In this document: in pieces, positions 13,601-25,000 of the stretch
Layout: every line of letters starts with the position of its first letter
How positions within the stretch are numbered: the stretch's first letter is position 1
Translations under genes and position numbers: made by a program
Virus record (IMG/VR): IMGVR_UViG_3300021092_000008
Strand: one strand, 5' to 3'
Origin: a virus
Length of the DNA stretch: 64,000 nucleotides
Notes under the pieces: model-generated
Seen by the model: only the letters and a program-made list of their open reading frames with translations
Told to the model about the DNA's origin: nothing
The model's database searches: none

Positions 13601-15798
13601 AAAGTCCTCAGTTACCTGGAGGCAGCACAGCAACTGGATCTGTTGATGTATCTAATGGAACTATTTACAATGCCAACATTTCCTTATCAGGAAGAGGGTA
13701 TACAGAACCACCTTCAGTTGTTATTAAAGGAATAGGAACAGGTTCTGGAGGAGCCACAATAGAATCACTAATTGAAATTGATACTCCATCTGTACGAATG
13801 GGAATTGCTGTAGATTCTGACGGAGCTATAGTATCAACAACTCCGACAAGATTTGCTTTTGAATATCCAGTTTATTTACAAAATGATGTTAAGTATGCCT
13901 TAAACATTGAAACTGATTCGATTGATTATTTGTTATGGGCATCTAAGTTAGGAGAAGTTGAAAAAGCAACTAGTGCTGTTGTAACCACCCAACCTTTGCT
14001 TGGATCTGTTTACAAATCTCAAAATACGGATAATTGGACTGAAGATCTTTCGGAAGATATTAAATTTACTATGTACAGAGCAGAATTTAATATTTCAAAA
14101 TCTGGTGAATTATTATTATCTAATAAACCATTAGGTTACGAATTATTAGACAAAGATCCTTTTGAAACTAGTGTACGTTCAAATACAAATGCTACTTCAC
14201 CATTATTTAAGAACAACAATTATATTGTAAAACTTTTCCACAGAGATCATGGGTTTGAAGATAAAGGAAACTCATATGCTTTTTACAGAAATGTAGAAGA
14301 TGTTGGCGGTATATCATCTGTTTTATTAAATGCCGAACTATTCAAAGTTTCAAATTCTGGTATTGATACTTACAATATTCTAGGTCCAAATAGAGCAGGA
14401 TCTAGTACATTTGGTGGAGGAAATAAAGTACTAGCAACTTATAACAGAAAGTATGAAAAACTTTATGCTCAAGTTGCTTATCTTCAAGTAAATTCTACAA
14501 AAATTGATAGTTATGTAAAAACTACAAACATAGTACCAGTAGATTCAAATACTACTAATTATATTTCATATTCACAATCAGAATACGAAAAAACATTTAT
14601 CAACGACGAACATTTCTTCACTAATCAAAAAGTTATTGCCTCAAGAGTTAATGAAACAATGAACGAAATTGGCAATTCACTGACGTATAAATTTTTACTT
14701 TCTTCAAAATCAACTAATCTTTCTCCAGTAATTGATTTAAGAACTTCTTCTATCAAAACAATAAGCAATAGAGTAGAAAATTCAGCAGGTAAAGAGAATA
14801 GATATGGTAAGAGAAATCAAGTTTTATCTTTCTTACCAATTTATAATTTATCCATTGCTGTTTTAGGCGCAGCAAATTCTATTGAAGCTAACCAAACTTT
14901 TATTGGAAATAGTTCAAAAGCAGAAGGTTCGGTAATTTCTTTAAGTGGGTCCACAGCACAAGTAAAATTAAAAACTAAAACACCATTTATTAAAAATGAA
15001 ACTGTTACGGTAAAACTAACGAATGGCACCACACTCACGAGTGTTACTGTAACAATTACTGATATTTCTGAATTGACTTATACATTTGATGAAAATTCAA
15101 ATATAGTTTCTTATTTCCCCCAAAATACTTCTATATCTTATCCTAATAAGATTAATGGAAAAGTTGTATCATGGGATTCAGAAGATAAAGAATTGATAGT
15201 TGAAAATTCATATGTTCCAATTAATAATAACTATACTAGTGAGATAACTACTAATAGTCCATACACAAGAGCAGAAAATTATGATTCACAAATACCTGAT
15301 ATTTTTAGAGCAGGCGATGTAATTAAATCTGCTGATGGTAAATATGTTGAAGTTGATCAAATGACATTTACATATGGTGTTGATTATGTAGAAGAGACTA
15401 ATTCAAAAAATAGTTCTTCTCTAGCAAAATATGTAACCAAAGAAGTTTCTATTAATAATCCAGGAACTTCAATTGATTTTAGAATGACGGCAAATATCAA
15501 AGATACTGAAAATATTAAAGTTCTGTATAAAATTAAATTATCATCAGTTCAATCTAATTTTGAAGATATTAATTGGGAATATTTTAATGTAGATGGATCT
15601 CCAAATAATAAAGATCTTGCTAAACCAGCGAACTCTATATCAGGTCAATTTGAAAAACAAGATTTTTATCAGGAATTGAAATATAGTGCTTCTAATTTAC
15701 CAGAATTTGCATCATTTGCTATTAAAATTATTATGAAAACAGATGATCCAGCATATGTTCCCAAGATTCAAGATATAAGAGCTGTAGCTAGTTATTAA
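7687..15798 (+). CDS. Large virion structural protein, DUF4815 / VrlC-like family
   Basis: N-terminal MPQKTPLNVVPYFDDFD...VLFRPGYAVQTRELTTLQSILQ, LARRTYDESGDY, RYTMRDIGKLEKRIERLEYYTTLSILE and NPLAQTF motifs. Usual position after gp8 in cyanomyoviruses. Confidence 0.8.
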   Translation: MPQKTPLNVVPYFDDFDQSKNFYKVLFRPGYAVQTRELTTLQSILQSQIESYGKFNFKQGEQVVPGEVGLNTKINYVKLSSVSEVAVSEGENIVYKKYDIKTLIGLKLRGINSNVIANVIDSQYATETDSDTLYVTYLTSGDSNNESTFRQGETLEVVDGINTPLLVVGTDGSVLPTSITVIDPITEDTLNLNNPAMGFASAVKVQEGIYFVNGYFVRNDSQLLIIDKYYDKPSAKIGFTIVEDIVTPEEDPSLYDIARGYSNYSSPGAHRLKISLELKRFDYNAVTDKNFIQLLQIRSGSIESLIKPADYTLLEETLARRTYDESGDYVVNDFSLDIREYYQRNGNDGFYQYNPSTKLVNGLSETEASTKMVLGVGPGKAYVRGYEIVNKQTKYLTVNKARDTLTKDNVTLKSKGLSNFKITNVYGSVPLNTVGDELTAYPNVFLNGLFNDGTIGLNNTETDTYFKQTVDRRSQKFSLSDATKTIYVQIQGDLPTLASQYPTKLWFIKTRSGSVPSSVDYVDVIGHSLVNRPQVSPSPDQYFVELTILGKKSYLDTYFKEYDDAGAAKLRYLYLTEQNALAAGTAYYGWIVDYNPTITPIIGIAKPKDFSFNKRANGFNEDTDIILSRGKVGSGTDINNPLTPYTASFNFSYFNPVFFTKIITESVIDTGFSTGKYITGKTSRAYGVIENDTTENYTFGNTLFVSTLSGTFLPGETIFDEDGNSVKIATENTISHFIVNYGGNSYNNDGTKLIINGSTIDAANIRVDAFGGRIYRAVILNRTVLSETYAAPPVVTAFPTPTVPANVANITPVLFKNTVLTYTPQNIKSFASDYNQYKFTSDVDLTDTSYSSYLQITNFTFSGLKGEKYLECSGFGASLSRDLIQGDIIQFNDSNNNVVKTIVQYVTDPQGTTKSRIYLDYALQTNITNSSIIRVRPNVENVSTSSLIYPTGSKQLKSLINDNSDTKFKYYIRKDFTTDLSSSGGTITFSAQLPVGTQRFVTPTENNYILTVLDKGSSTIVDNGDIVYIDFTDPSVVQVIQSTNTNSQVTAGSFVINLPNTYFGIINQGGTYPKLKLTATVEVNKAKARLKTSISNKRIIIVSSGDKVIPLRGKDYDTDTIEVFSYSDVYKLRYVYEGTSTNPPKVDANGNLISGTDITYKFTFDDGQRDTFYDISRIVLKPGFDAPSGQLVVAFDYFEHSLGDFCTVDSYLHEAGVSSELIPTFNSTVHGVVSLKDVIDFRPKVDSNTTITGFQDISILSNPNNFDYVNFVGAGGVVSLTPASDSNLEYTMSFSETQYLDRIDGVFLTKKGDFLIKEGNSSLNPSKPEAVDDAISLCYIHIPSFTNTSKDIRILPVDNKRYTMRDIGKLEKRIERLEYYTTLSILEQQALNMQVKDEIGMDRFKSGFIVDNFEAHKIGNLQSVDYKCAIDTQQSVLRPQSKEDSIGLKEVNIREDQRIVSGYVNNNGIITLPYKEVKLLGNSNATKTINPNEFVVLQYVGDCAIFPTVDQWYDTKTAPLVVDSNTKLNTIFLAKSDVKESFSSLHNSFIINWVGTNKSFFNIESLANINSEDIKSSVSSASVSSSSNVSPQNNELAKGVGSKVVNNTKVSTGLQFFVRSIPVRFIVRRLKPNTKISVFMEGRNINRWVVPDTKFTGIAENSLSTFNSSLITDDNGNLSGIILIPNGLAPVENSKWTGDINTVSYDDSSEEIKFTTGTKTIILTSGSSGSITDNVDTFAEVKFYATGILPENPSSIVSTAPSFFKANEGVQLINNNTQSKIKPNPLAQTFKVENYDGGVFTTGLDLFFSAKSSKIPIRVYISNIDTDKPGKYIVPGTESTLYPDTYLKVYLTGDVETIKIKKSEVVVGKNSNASGPISKVYDKNNILVGDENSTEFELNKEQVYTLVLSNHNGKSFVGGSTGEPLTIPSVTTYNATNNKSALISITKDSGRVVDLKVTNLGENYESASIVIESPQLPGGSTATGSVDVSNGTIYNANISLSGRGYTEPPSVVIKGIGTGSGGATIESLIEIDTPSVRMGIAVDSDGAIVSTTPTRFAFEYPVYLQNDVKYALNIETDSIDYLLWASKLGEVEKATSAVVTTQPLLGSVYKSQNTDNWTEDLSEDIKFTMYRAEFNISKSGELLLSNKPLGYELLDKDPFETSVRSNTNATSPLFKNNNYIVKLFHRDHGFEDKGNSYAFYRNVEDVGGISSVLLNAELFKVSNSGIDTYNILGPNRAGSSTFGGGNKVLATYNRKYEKLYAQVAYLQVNSTKIDSYVKTTNIVPVDSNTTNYISYSQSEYEKTFINDEHFFTNQKVIASRVNETMNEIGNSLTYKFLLSSKSTNLSPVIDLRTSSIKTISNRVENSAGKENRYGKRNQVLSFLPIYNLSIAVLGAANSIEANQTFIGNSSKAEGSVISLSGSTAQVKLKTKTPFIKNETVTVKLTNGTTLTSVTVTITDISELTYTFDENSNIVSYFPQNTSISYPNKINGKVVSWDSEDKELIVENSYVPINNNYTSEITTNSPYTRAENYDSQIPDIFRAGDVIKSADGKYVEVDQMTFTYGVDYVEETNSKNSSSLAKYVTKEVSINNPGTSIDFRMTANIKDTENIKVLYKIKLSSVQSNFEDINWEYFNVDGSPNNKDLAKPANSISGQFEKQDFYQELKYSASNLPEFASFAIKIIMKTDDPAYVPKIQDIRAVASY

Positions 15799-15805
15799 TT
15801 TGTAA

Positions 15806-16021
15806 ATGGATTATTTAAAAGTAAGCGGGCACGATGGTCTCGTAAGGGATAATCGTACTGGAGCGATTATAAATACTGATAAAAGTGCCTTCGAAGATGC
15901 GAGAAAAACTCGCTTATCTGCTTCATCATTCAATCAAATACAACAAGACGTTCAACTTCTTAAAGAAGAACTTTCTGATATCAAAAATCTTTTACGAGAG
16001 TTATTAAAAAATGGCAGTTAG
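15806..16021 (+). CDS. Small conserved T4-like phage protein with C-terminal coiled coil
   Basis: KVSGHDGLVRDNRTGAIINTD followed by the heptad segment VQLLKEELSDIKNLLRELL. Overlaps the next ATG. Confidence 0.75.
   Translation: MDYLKVSGHDGLVRDNRTGAIINTDKSAFEDARKTRLSASSFNQIQQDVQLLKEELSDIKNLLRELLKNGS
15868..15875 (+). promoter_or_regulatory. Putative late promoter TATAAATA inside the small ORF, upstream of the 3756-aa fibre gene
   Basis: Exact TATAAATA about 135 bp before the ATG at 16011. Could be coincidental in AT-rich coding DNA. Confidence 0.5.
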
Positions 16022-19000
16022 AAATGTAGCTAAAACCTTCACTCTAGAGCAGCAGAGACAGCAGCTCAATTTGATTGGAGCAGATTTAGGAGATGTATCT
16101 ACTTTAAATACTCCACTGCCTAATACTCTTGCTAGAGCAATTAATTATCTTGATGGTACAGTCTCTTCATATGAAGGGACTGTTTGGTATGTAACTACCA
16201 ACGGCGTGGATTCTGTGGATGTTGATCCTGAATCTCCAGGATATAGAAAAAATCCAGGTAGAACTAGAAATGTTGCTCTTAGAACAGTAAAGTATGCTCT
16301 TGCTCTAGCAAGTTCTGGAGACACAATTCATATTGGTCCTGGAACATTTGAAGAGATTTTCCCTTTAACAATACCTGCTGGCGTAGTTGTCAAAGGTACA
16401 GCAATTAGATCTACAAAAATTGTACCTACTACAGCAACAAGAACTAAAGATTGTTTCTTACTTAATGGCGATACTGGTGTAGAAGATCTTACCATTGGTG
16501 GTATGCTATTTGATCCCCTTCTCAATACAGGATGGGCATTCAGATTTGCGCAAGATAGTATCACATTAGAAAGAAGTCCTTATTTACAAAGAGTTACTGT
16601 TCTCAACAAAGGATCAGTAACTTCTGCTACTGATCCATATGGTTACGATGCTAATGATGCTGGTGGTGGTATCTTAGTTGATGGTGCTGTTGTACAATAC
16701 AATACGCTAGAACCAGCTATTCTTTGTAATGAAATTACACTCATCTGTGCCAATGCTATAGCACTTAAGATTACAAATGGAGCAAGAGTTGAATGGATCA
16801 ACTGTTTCTCTTATTTTGCTGAGTATGGTATTCTTGCCGAGTCTGGCGATCTTGGATTATCAGGTCAAGGTAGAACTCGTCTAAGATTATCTGGTGTTAC
16901 TGGAACTATTTCTCCTAATGATATTGTAAAATATTTTGATGCTTCTGGTAATTTAGTTGCTTCTGGCGTTATAGAATCGACAGCAGTAGGAAATTATTTA
17001 ATTTTAACTAACAAAGGGACTGGTTTTTTTGCTAATGCAGCAGATAGGACAGCAAAAGTTGCTACTCTAGTTGGATCTACCGCTATATCTACCAGTCAAT
17101 TCAAATTTGGTAATGCATCTTTATTCTTTCCAGAAACAACCAGTTACTTAACTTACGCTTCTGATCCTGATTTTGATTTGGGTACTGGTGATTTTACTGT
17201 AGATTTTTGGGTTAGAAGAACAGCATCTAATACTCAAGTTTTATATGATCAAAGAACTCTTGCTGGAGACACCCTCCCAGTCATTTATATTTCTGGTGGT
17301 GTTTTAAGATATTACACAGCAGGTTCTGATAGAATTGTTGGTGCCACTACAATGGCAACAAATACTTGGTATCATGTTGCTCTTTCTAGAAAAACTGGAG
17401 TAACAAGATTATTCTTAAATGGAAATCTTCAAGGATCTCCATATACTGATACTAATGTTTATCCCCAAAGCACCATTAGAATTGGTGCTAATTACAATGG
17501 TACTAGTGGATTAACAGGTTATATTGATGAATTTAGATTAAGTAAAGGTATTGGTAGATATGATACTACTTTCACTCCAGCGTCTTTTGCTTACGCTAAT
17601 GATGATTTTAATACTTTACTTCTCCATCTAGATGGAACAAATAATTCAACAATTATTGTTGATGATTCTGTAGTTATACAAGATATTAGAATTAGAAATG
17701 CTGAAGACACAGCAACTGTAGCAACTGCTGCTAGAATTATTTTGGCAGATTATCAGCAGTTTGGTGCTGAGCTGAGATCTATTTCATCTGCCGCAGAATT
17801 CGGAGATTATGGAGTAAAGGCAGATGGAACTGGATGTAAATTACGTCTCATTTCATTCAACTTAAATTTTGTTGGATCTGGAAAAGATTTTACTGCTGAT
17901 GAAACTAAGGCTATAGAAGGAAACGAAATTGTTGAAGCTAATGGTGGCGATGTTTCATATGTTACGATTGACCAAAGAGGAAATGTAAAAATTGGTGATG
18001 TATTTGAAGTAGATCAAAGACAAGGAACATTAAATTTCGGTTCACAAGCTTTTAGTGTATCAAGTCTTTCTAACATAACAGTTACTGATAACGTAGACTC
18101 AGTAGTTATTACTCCAACAAATATTACTGTTGGTAATCTAGATTTTACTGGAAACACTATTGAAACAACAACAGGTGATATTACTATTGCTCCTGCTGGT
18201 GCTGGAAGTACAACAATTGATAGCAATTTATTTGTAACAGGAACATTTGATATAACTGGAGACATTTCTACAAATGCTGATGTTAACTTTGGTGCTATTA
18301 GTGATCCTTCAACCGTAACTATTGTCGGTCAGTTAAATGCCGATAATCTAAGGATTGATGGCAATACTCTATCATCAACAAATACAAATGGTAATATTAC
18401 TTTAAGTGCTAATGGCACTGGAGTAATTGAAACTGTTAATGATGTTAATCTTGGTACATCTGGAGATTCATCTACACTAACAGTTGTTGGTCAATTCAAT
18501 GCTGATAATTTGAGAATTGATGGGAATACTCTATCATCAACAAACACAAATGGTGATATTATTTTAGATGCTAATGGAACTGGAGATGTAGTTCTTACTG
18601 GTGGAGCATCACAAGATTTTATTATTAATGATGGCACCACACCAACACCAGTAAATAAATTTGTAGTAAATTCAACTACTGGTGATGTTACAACGGAAGG
18701 TGACATAACAATTAAAGGTGGTGATATTACTGTTTCTGCTGTTGCTACTAACGTTGCTATCATTGATAATAACGCTTCTTCGTTTACAATTAAAGAAGGA
18801 ACGAATTCTTATGTAACTTTAAACACTACTAATGGTGGTGAATCAATTACTCTTCACAAAAATACAAACATTGGTGGTAATTTAATTGTAGATGGTGATA
18901 TTACATTTAGAGCAGGTCAAGGATCTAATGGATCAATAACTTTAGGTGATGTATCTACCGACTCAATTGCTTTCAATGCTCAAGTCAGTTCAAATGTATT

Positions 19001-22000
19001 ACCATTAACAAGTAATACATATGATTTTGGTAACACAACATTTAGATGGAAAGATATTTGGACACAATCAAATCTATATGCTGCTAATTTAAGAATCAAC
19101 ACTAATACACTTTCTTCAACAGATACAAACGGAAATATTATTTTTGATCCAAATGGTACTGGTAGTGTTGTAATTACTGGTGGAGCATCACAAAATTTTG
19201 AAATTAACGATGGCGCTACAACTAAATTTAGTGTTGCTTCTACAACTGGCAATACAGTATCTGAAGGAAATCTTACAGTAAAAGGTGGAACTGTTACTGT
19301 TTCTGCTGTTGCTACTAATGTTGCCATCATCGATAATAATGCTGCTTCGTTTACAATTAAAGAAGGAGCAAATTCTTATGTAACATTAAATACTACCGAT
19401 GGTTCTGAGTCCATCACATTACATAAAAATACAACTGTTAATGGCAATTTAACTGTAGATGGAGATATTACTTTTAGAGCTGGTAGTGGATCTGCTGGTA
19501 CTATTACATTAGGTGATATCAATACTGATAATATTGTATTTAATGCTGACATCAACTCAAGCTTCATTCCAGATACAAATGGCACCTACGATTTAGGTTC
19601 TACTTCCCAGAAGTGGAGAACTGTCTATGCTGGCACTGGTGGATATTTTGCCAACCTGTTACTAGATACCAACGTCATTTCATCTACTAATGCTGATGGT
19701 AATATTACCGTTGATCCTAACGGCACAGGAGACTTCATTTTTAAAGGTGGTACTTCCCAAGACTTCTTGATTAATGATGGTGCTGGAACGCCTGTAACTA
19801 AGTTTTCCGTTGCTTCTACAACTGGTGACGTAGTTGCTGAGGGAGACTTAACTGTAAAAGGTGGTGATATTACTGTATCAGCTGTTGCTACTAACGTTGC
19901 TATCATTGACAATAATGCTGCTTCATTTACGATCAAGGAGGGAACAAACTCTTACGTCACTTTAAATACCACAGATACTACAGAATCGATTACTTTACAT
20001 AAAGATACTACGTTCAGTACTAATGTAACTATCACTAGTAATCTTACCGTTAATGGTAACACTACTATCGGTGATTCTGCTATTAATGATACGGTTACAG
20101 TAACTGCTAGAGTTGCTAGTGATTTTGTTCCTTCTACAACAGGAACCAGAGACTTTGGTACATCATCACTGAGGTGGAAAGATCTTTATCTTTCTCGTGG
20201 AGCCTATATTGGTAACTTGAATGTTGATGTGGATGACAACACAATTTCCTCAACAAATACAAACGGAAATATTATTTTTGATCCAAACGGTACTGGTAAT
20301 TTACAATTTACTGGTGGAGCATCACAAAGTTTTGTTATCAATGACGGGTCGGTAAACAAATTTAGTGTTGTATCAACAAGCGGAGATACTACTACAGAAG
20401 GCAATCTAACAGTAAAAGGCGGAACAATTACTGTTTCAAATGCTGCTACTAATATTGCTATTATTGATAATAATGCCAATGCTTTAACAATTAAAGAAGG
20501 CACCAATTCTTATATTACATTAGCATCCACAGACGGTGCCGAATTAATTACTCTACATAGAAATGTATCTGCTAGTGGAACAGTAACTGTAACTGGTAAC
20601 ACCACGCTAAATGGTAGTGTGATACTAGGCGATGCTGCTGCTGATACTTTGGCAGTTAATGCTCAAATTACAACTTCAGTAAATCCAAATTCTTCTGCTG
20701 CTTTTGATTTAGGAACCAGCTCACTAAAATGGCGTGACTTACAATTAAGTCAAAAAGCATATATCGGAAATGTAGGTATTACTGCTAATACAATTGGAAC
20801 AGAAAATGCTAACGGCGATTTAACTATTGATCCTAACGGCACTGGAGATTTCATTTTCAGAGGTGGAACTTCTCAAGACTTCTTGATCAATGATGGTGCT
20901 GCTACCCCAGCAACTAAATTTAGTGTTGCCACCACATCTGGTGATATTGTAACTGAAGGAGATTTAACTGTCAAAGGTGGAGATATTACAGTATCAGCAG
21001 TTGCTACTAATGTTTCTATTATTGACAATAGTGCTTCTGCTTTTACAATTAGCGAAGCATCTAATCCATATATCACACTAGCAACAACAAATGGTTCTGA
21101 GTCCATCACATTACATAAAAATACAACTGTTAATGGCAATTTAACAGTTGATGGCGATATTACATTTAGAGCTGGTAGCAGCACTCCAGGTACAATTACT
21201 CTCGGAGATTTAAATACAGATAATATTGTATTTAATGCTGACATCAACTCAAGCTTCATTCCAGATACAACTGGCACCTACGATTTAGGTTCTACTTCCC
21301 AGAAGTGGAGAGATATTTATATTAGTCAAAAAGCTTATGTCGGTAATTTAGGATTAAGTGTAAATACAATTTCAAGTGAAGATACTGATGGTAATATTTT
21401 ACTGGCTCCTAATGGAAATGGATATGTTGAAGTTATTGGAACAAACGCGTTTATATTACCATTAGGATCAACAGAAGAGCAACCAACTGGCATTGCTGGT
21501 ATGGTTAGATTTAATAGCACAGGAACTTATTTTGAAGGGTATAATGGAACTGCTTGGGGTTCTCTTGGTGGCGTAAGATCTGTAGACAACCAGACATTTA
21601 TTCTTCCAGAAAAAAATCCTGGAGAAGCAAATAATACTTTAGAATTTCATACAGGTGGTGTTTCAAGATTAACACTTGGCAGAACGCTTCCAACGGATCC
21701 TGCTAGTGCTTTATCAATGGAGTTGAGTTCGACTATTCCTACATTCAGAATAAATGCTACTACACAATCAACGAGTATCACAACAGGAGCACTTGTTATC
21801 GCTGGCGGCGTTGGTATTGAAAAAGATCTTTTCATTGGTGGTAATATTAATGTTGCTGGAACAACATTATTTACTGGTACAACAACTAATACAGGAACAA
21901 CTAATTTTGGCATATTAAATGCCACAACAACAGCAGATAGTGTCGGTGAAACTATAACTTCTACAGGAACTGTCGGAACTGATTTCTTATTAGCAACGAC

Positions 22001-25000
22001 TATTAGTACTGTTGCTGTTGGTCATAGAATAACATTTGCTGGAAATTTTTATGCTGATGTAACAGCAATAACTCCTGGATATATCGCCACAGTAAATACT
22101 TCATCAGCTGATCCAACCAGAACTGCTGGAACATATACGGTTGGTCCAGTTTCTGGATCTTTGGCGGGAACTGTTGCTTCTTTCTCTATTACTATTGATG
22201 AAAATGGAGCAGCATCAAATGTTACAATTATTGATGGCGGTGCTGGATTTGCTGTAGCAGAAACTATTACCATACCAGCATCTGATATTGGAGGAACTGG
22301 AGATGATTTAACTTTAACCGTTGCTTCTATTAATGTAAAAATTACTGCTGGTAGTAATTGGGGAACAACTTTAACAGGAGCATTCTTTATCTATGATCCA
22401 TTAAAAATTACAGTTACTAGTGCTGTAGGTATTTCTGCTGGTCAAGATGTTATTACTTTCTTATCAACAAACATAGCATCAGGAACTACAGTTGATTCTA
22501 TAACAGCAACTACTATAACATTAAGTCAAAATGTAAGTTCTCCTTTATCTTCTACTGAAGTTGTATTTGCTAATATAGGTGATGTTATTTTAACTGGTAC
22601 TTTTACAGCAGATTATATTAGATTATATGGCAACGTATTGAGCACCACAAGAGTAAATACAGATTTAATTTTGAAACCAAATGGTATTGGAAAAGTTACT
22701 ACAACTAATGATGTCAATTTTGGAATTGCATCAGACGAATCTATACTCACTATAATTGGTCAAACTAACTTAGATAATATTAGAATTGACGGAAATGTAA
22801 TTAGTTCTAGTGATACTAATGGAAATATTACCTTAACTCCTAATGGCACGGGGGTAGTAGAAACGGTAAATGATGTAAACATAGGTAGACCATTTAATAT
22901 TTTTACAGAAGTTCCTGCCGACGAAGCTATACTTACAGTAATTGGTCAGACTAATATAGATAATATTAGGATTGATGGTAATACAATTAGTGTTACTGAT
23001 TACAATGGAAACTTAGTATTATCACCTAGTGGAGATGGTTTTGTACAAACATTAAGCGATGTATTTTTTGGTGTTAGTGGAAATGAGTCTAAACTTACAA
23101 TTGTTGGTGAGTTAGTAGTAGATACATTCAGTTTGAATGGTTCTACTTTATCTACGTCAGGAAATTTAACTATTCAAGGTGGTCCAACACATACAGTTAC
23201 AATTCAAACACCAACACAAGTCAATAAAAATACAACTTTTGGAAATACAACCACACCATTAGATGTAACAGTAACTGTAAATGGTGATTTACAAGTAGAT
23301 AATATTAACATTAATGGCAATACAATTAGCACAACCAACGACAATGCTGATTTAATTATTACTGGTAATGGCACTGGCGGTGCTTACATTGAACAGATTA
23401 GAATAGTAGATAATATTATTTCAACACCAACTAATACAACTTTAATTTTAGATCCAAAAGTTGTTGGTGATGAAACAGGAGATGTTATAGTAAATGCTAA
23501 TCTTGCTGTATTGGGAACTACTTCATTAGAAAGTGTTTCGGTTGAGCAAACCCAATCAGGTAATATTAAAATAGAAAATAATAATATTATCGCTACCAAT
23601 ACCAACGGTAGTATAATTTTAGAGGCTAATGGTGCTGGTACAATACAAACTATTAACGATGTTAACTTTGGTACTATTGGAGATTTATCAACATTTACTG
23701 TTGTTGGTGAAACACAAATTGACAATATTAATATTAATGGTAATACAATAACATCTACAAACAGTGGTGGTCTTATTTTAGAAACATTATCGATAACAAA
23801 TAATGTATTAGGATCAAGCATTGTAAACTCTAATATTGTTATCACTCCTAATGGAGCAGGAAAGACAGTCACTAGTAAAGATGTAGATATCACTGCTACA
23901 TTAACTGTAGTTGGGCAACTCAATGCTGATAATTTAAGGTTAGATGGTAATGTAATTAGTTCTACAAATACTAACGGCAATATTACTTTAACGCCTAATG
24001 GATCTGGTGTAGTAGAAACTGTAAATGATGTTAACTTTGGTACATTAGCAGATTTTTCAACGCTGACAGTAAAAGGTCAGTTTAATATTGACAACGTAAG
24101 AATTGATGATAGTACTATTTCTTCTATTGACACAACAGGTGTTATTGTAGAAACATTAAAAGTGACGGGCAATGTTCTTTCCTCAATCGGTTCAAATGCT
24201 AGTATTGTATTAACTCCAAATGGGGCTGGAAAAGTTACTACAGTTAATGATGTTGATTTTGGTACTTCTACTGATTTATCAACCTTAACAGTATTAGGTC
24301 AATTTAATATTGACAATATTCGTGTTGATGGCAATGTAATTAGTTCCACAAATACTAATGGTAATATTACTTTAACGCCTGATGGCACAGGTGTAGTAGA
24401 AACTGTAAATGATGTAAACATAGGTAGATTAGAAGATCTTTCTACATTAACAGTATTAGGTCAATTTAATATTGATAATATTCGTGTTGATGCTAGCACT
24501 ATTTCTTCTATCGACACAACAGGTGTTATTGTAGAAACTTTACAGATTACTGGCAATACACTTTCATCTGTTGCTACAAATGGAGATATCAATATTACTC
24601 CAGATGGAACTGGCAGAATTGTTACTACCAAACAAGTAAATATCACGAACACGTTAAATGTAGTTGGTCAATTTAATATTGATAATATTCGTGTTGATGG
24701 CAATGTAATTAGCTCCACAAATACTGATGGTAATATCACTTTAACTCCTAATGGATTTGGTGTAGTAGAAACTGTAAATGACGTTAATTTTGGTACAGTA
24801 GCAGACAATTCTACTTTGACAATAGTTGGACAGTTTAATGCTGATAATATTAGAATTGACACTAGCACTATTTCTTCTATCGACACAACAGGTGTTATTG
24901 TAGAAACTTTAAAAATCACTGGAAATATTTTATCTTCAATAGATGGAAATGCTGATATTGTATTAACACCTAATGGAAGTGGTAAAACAACTACAAGTAA

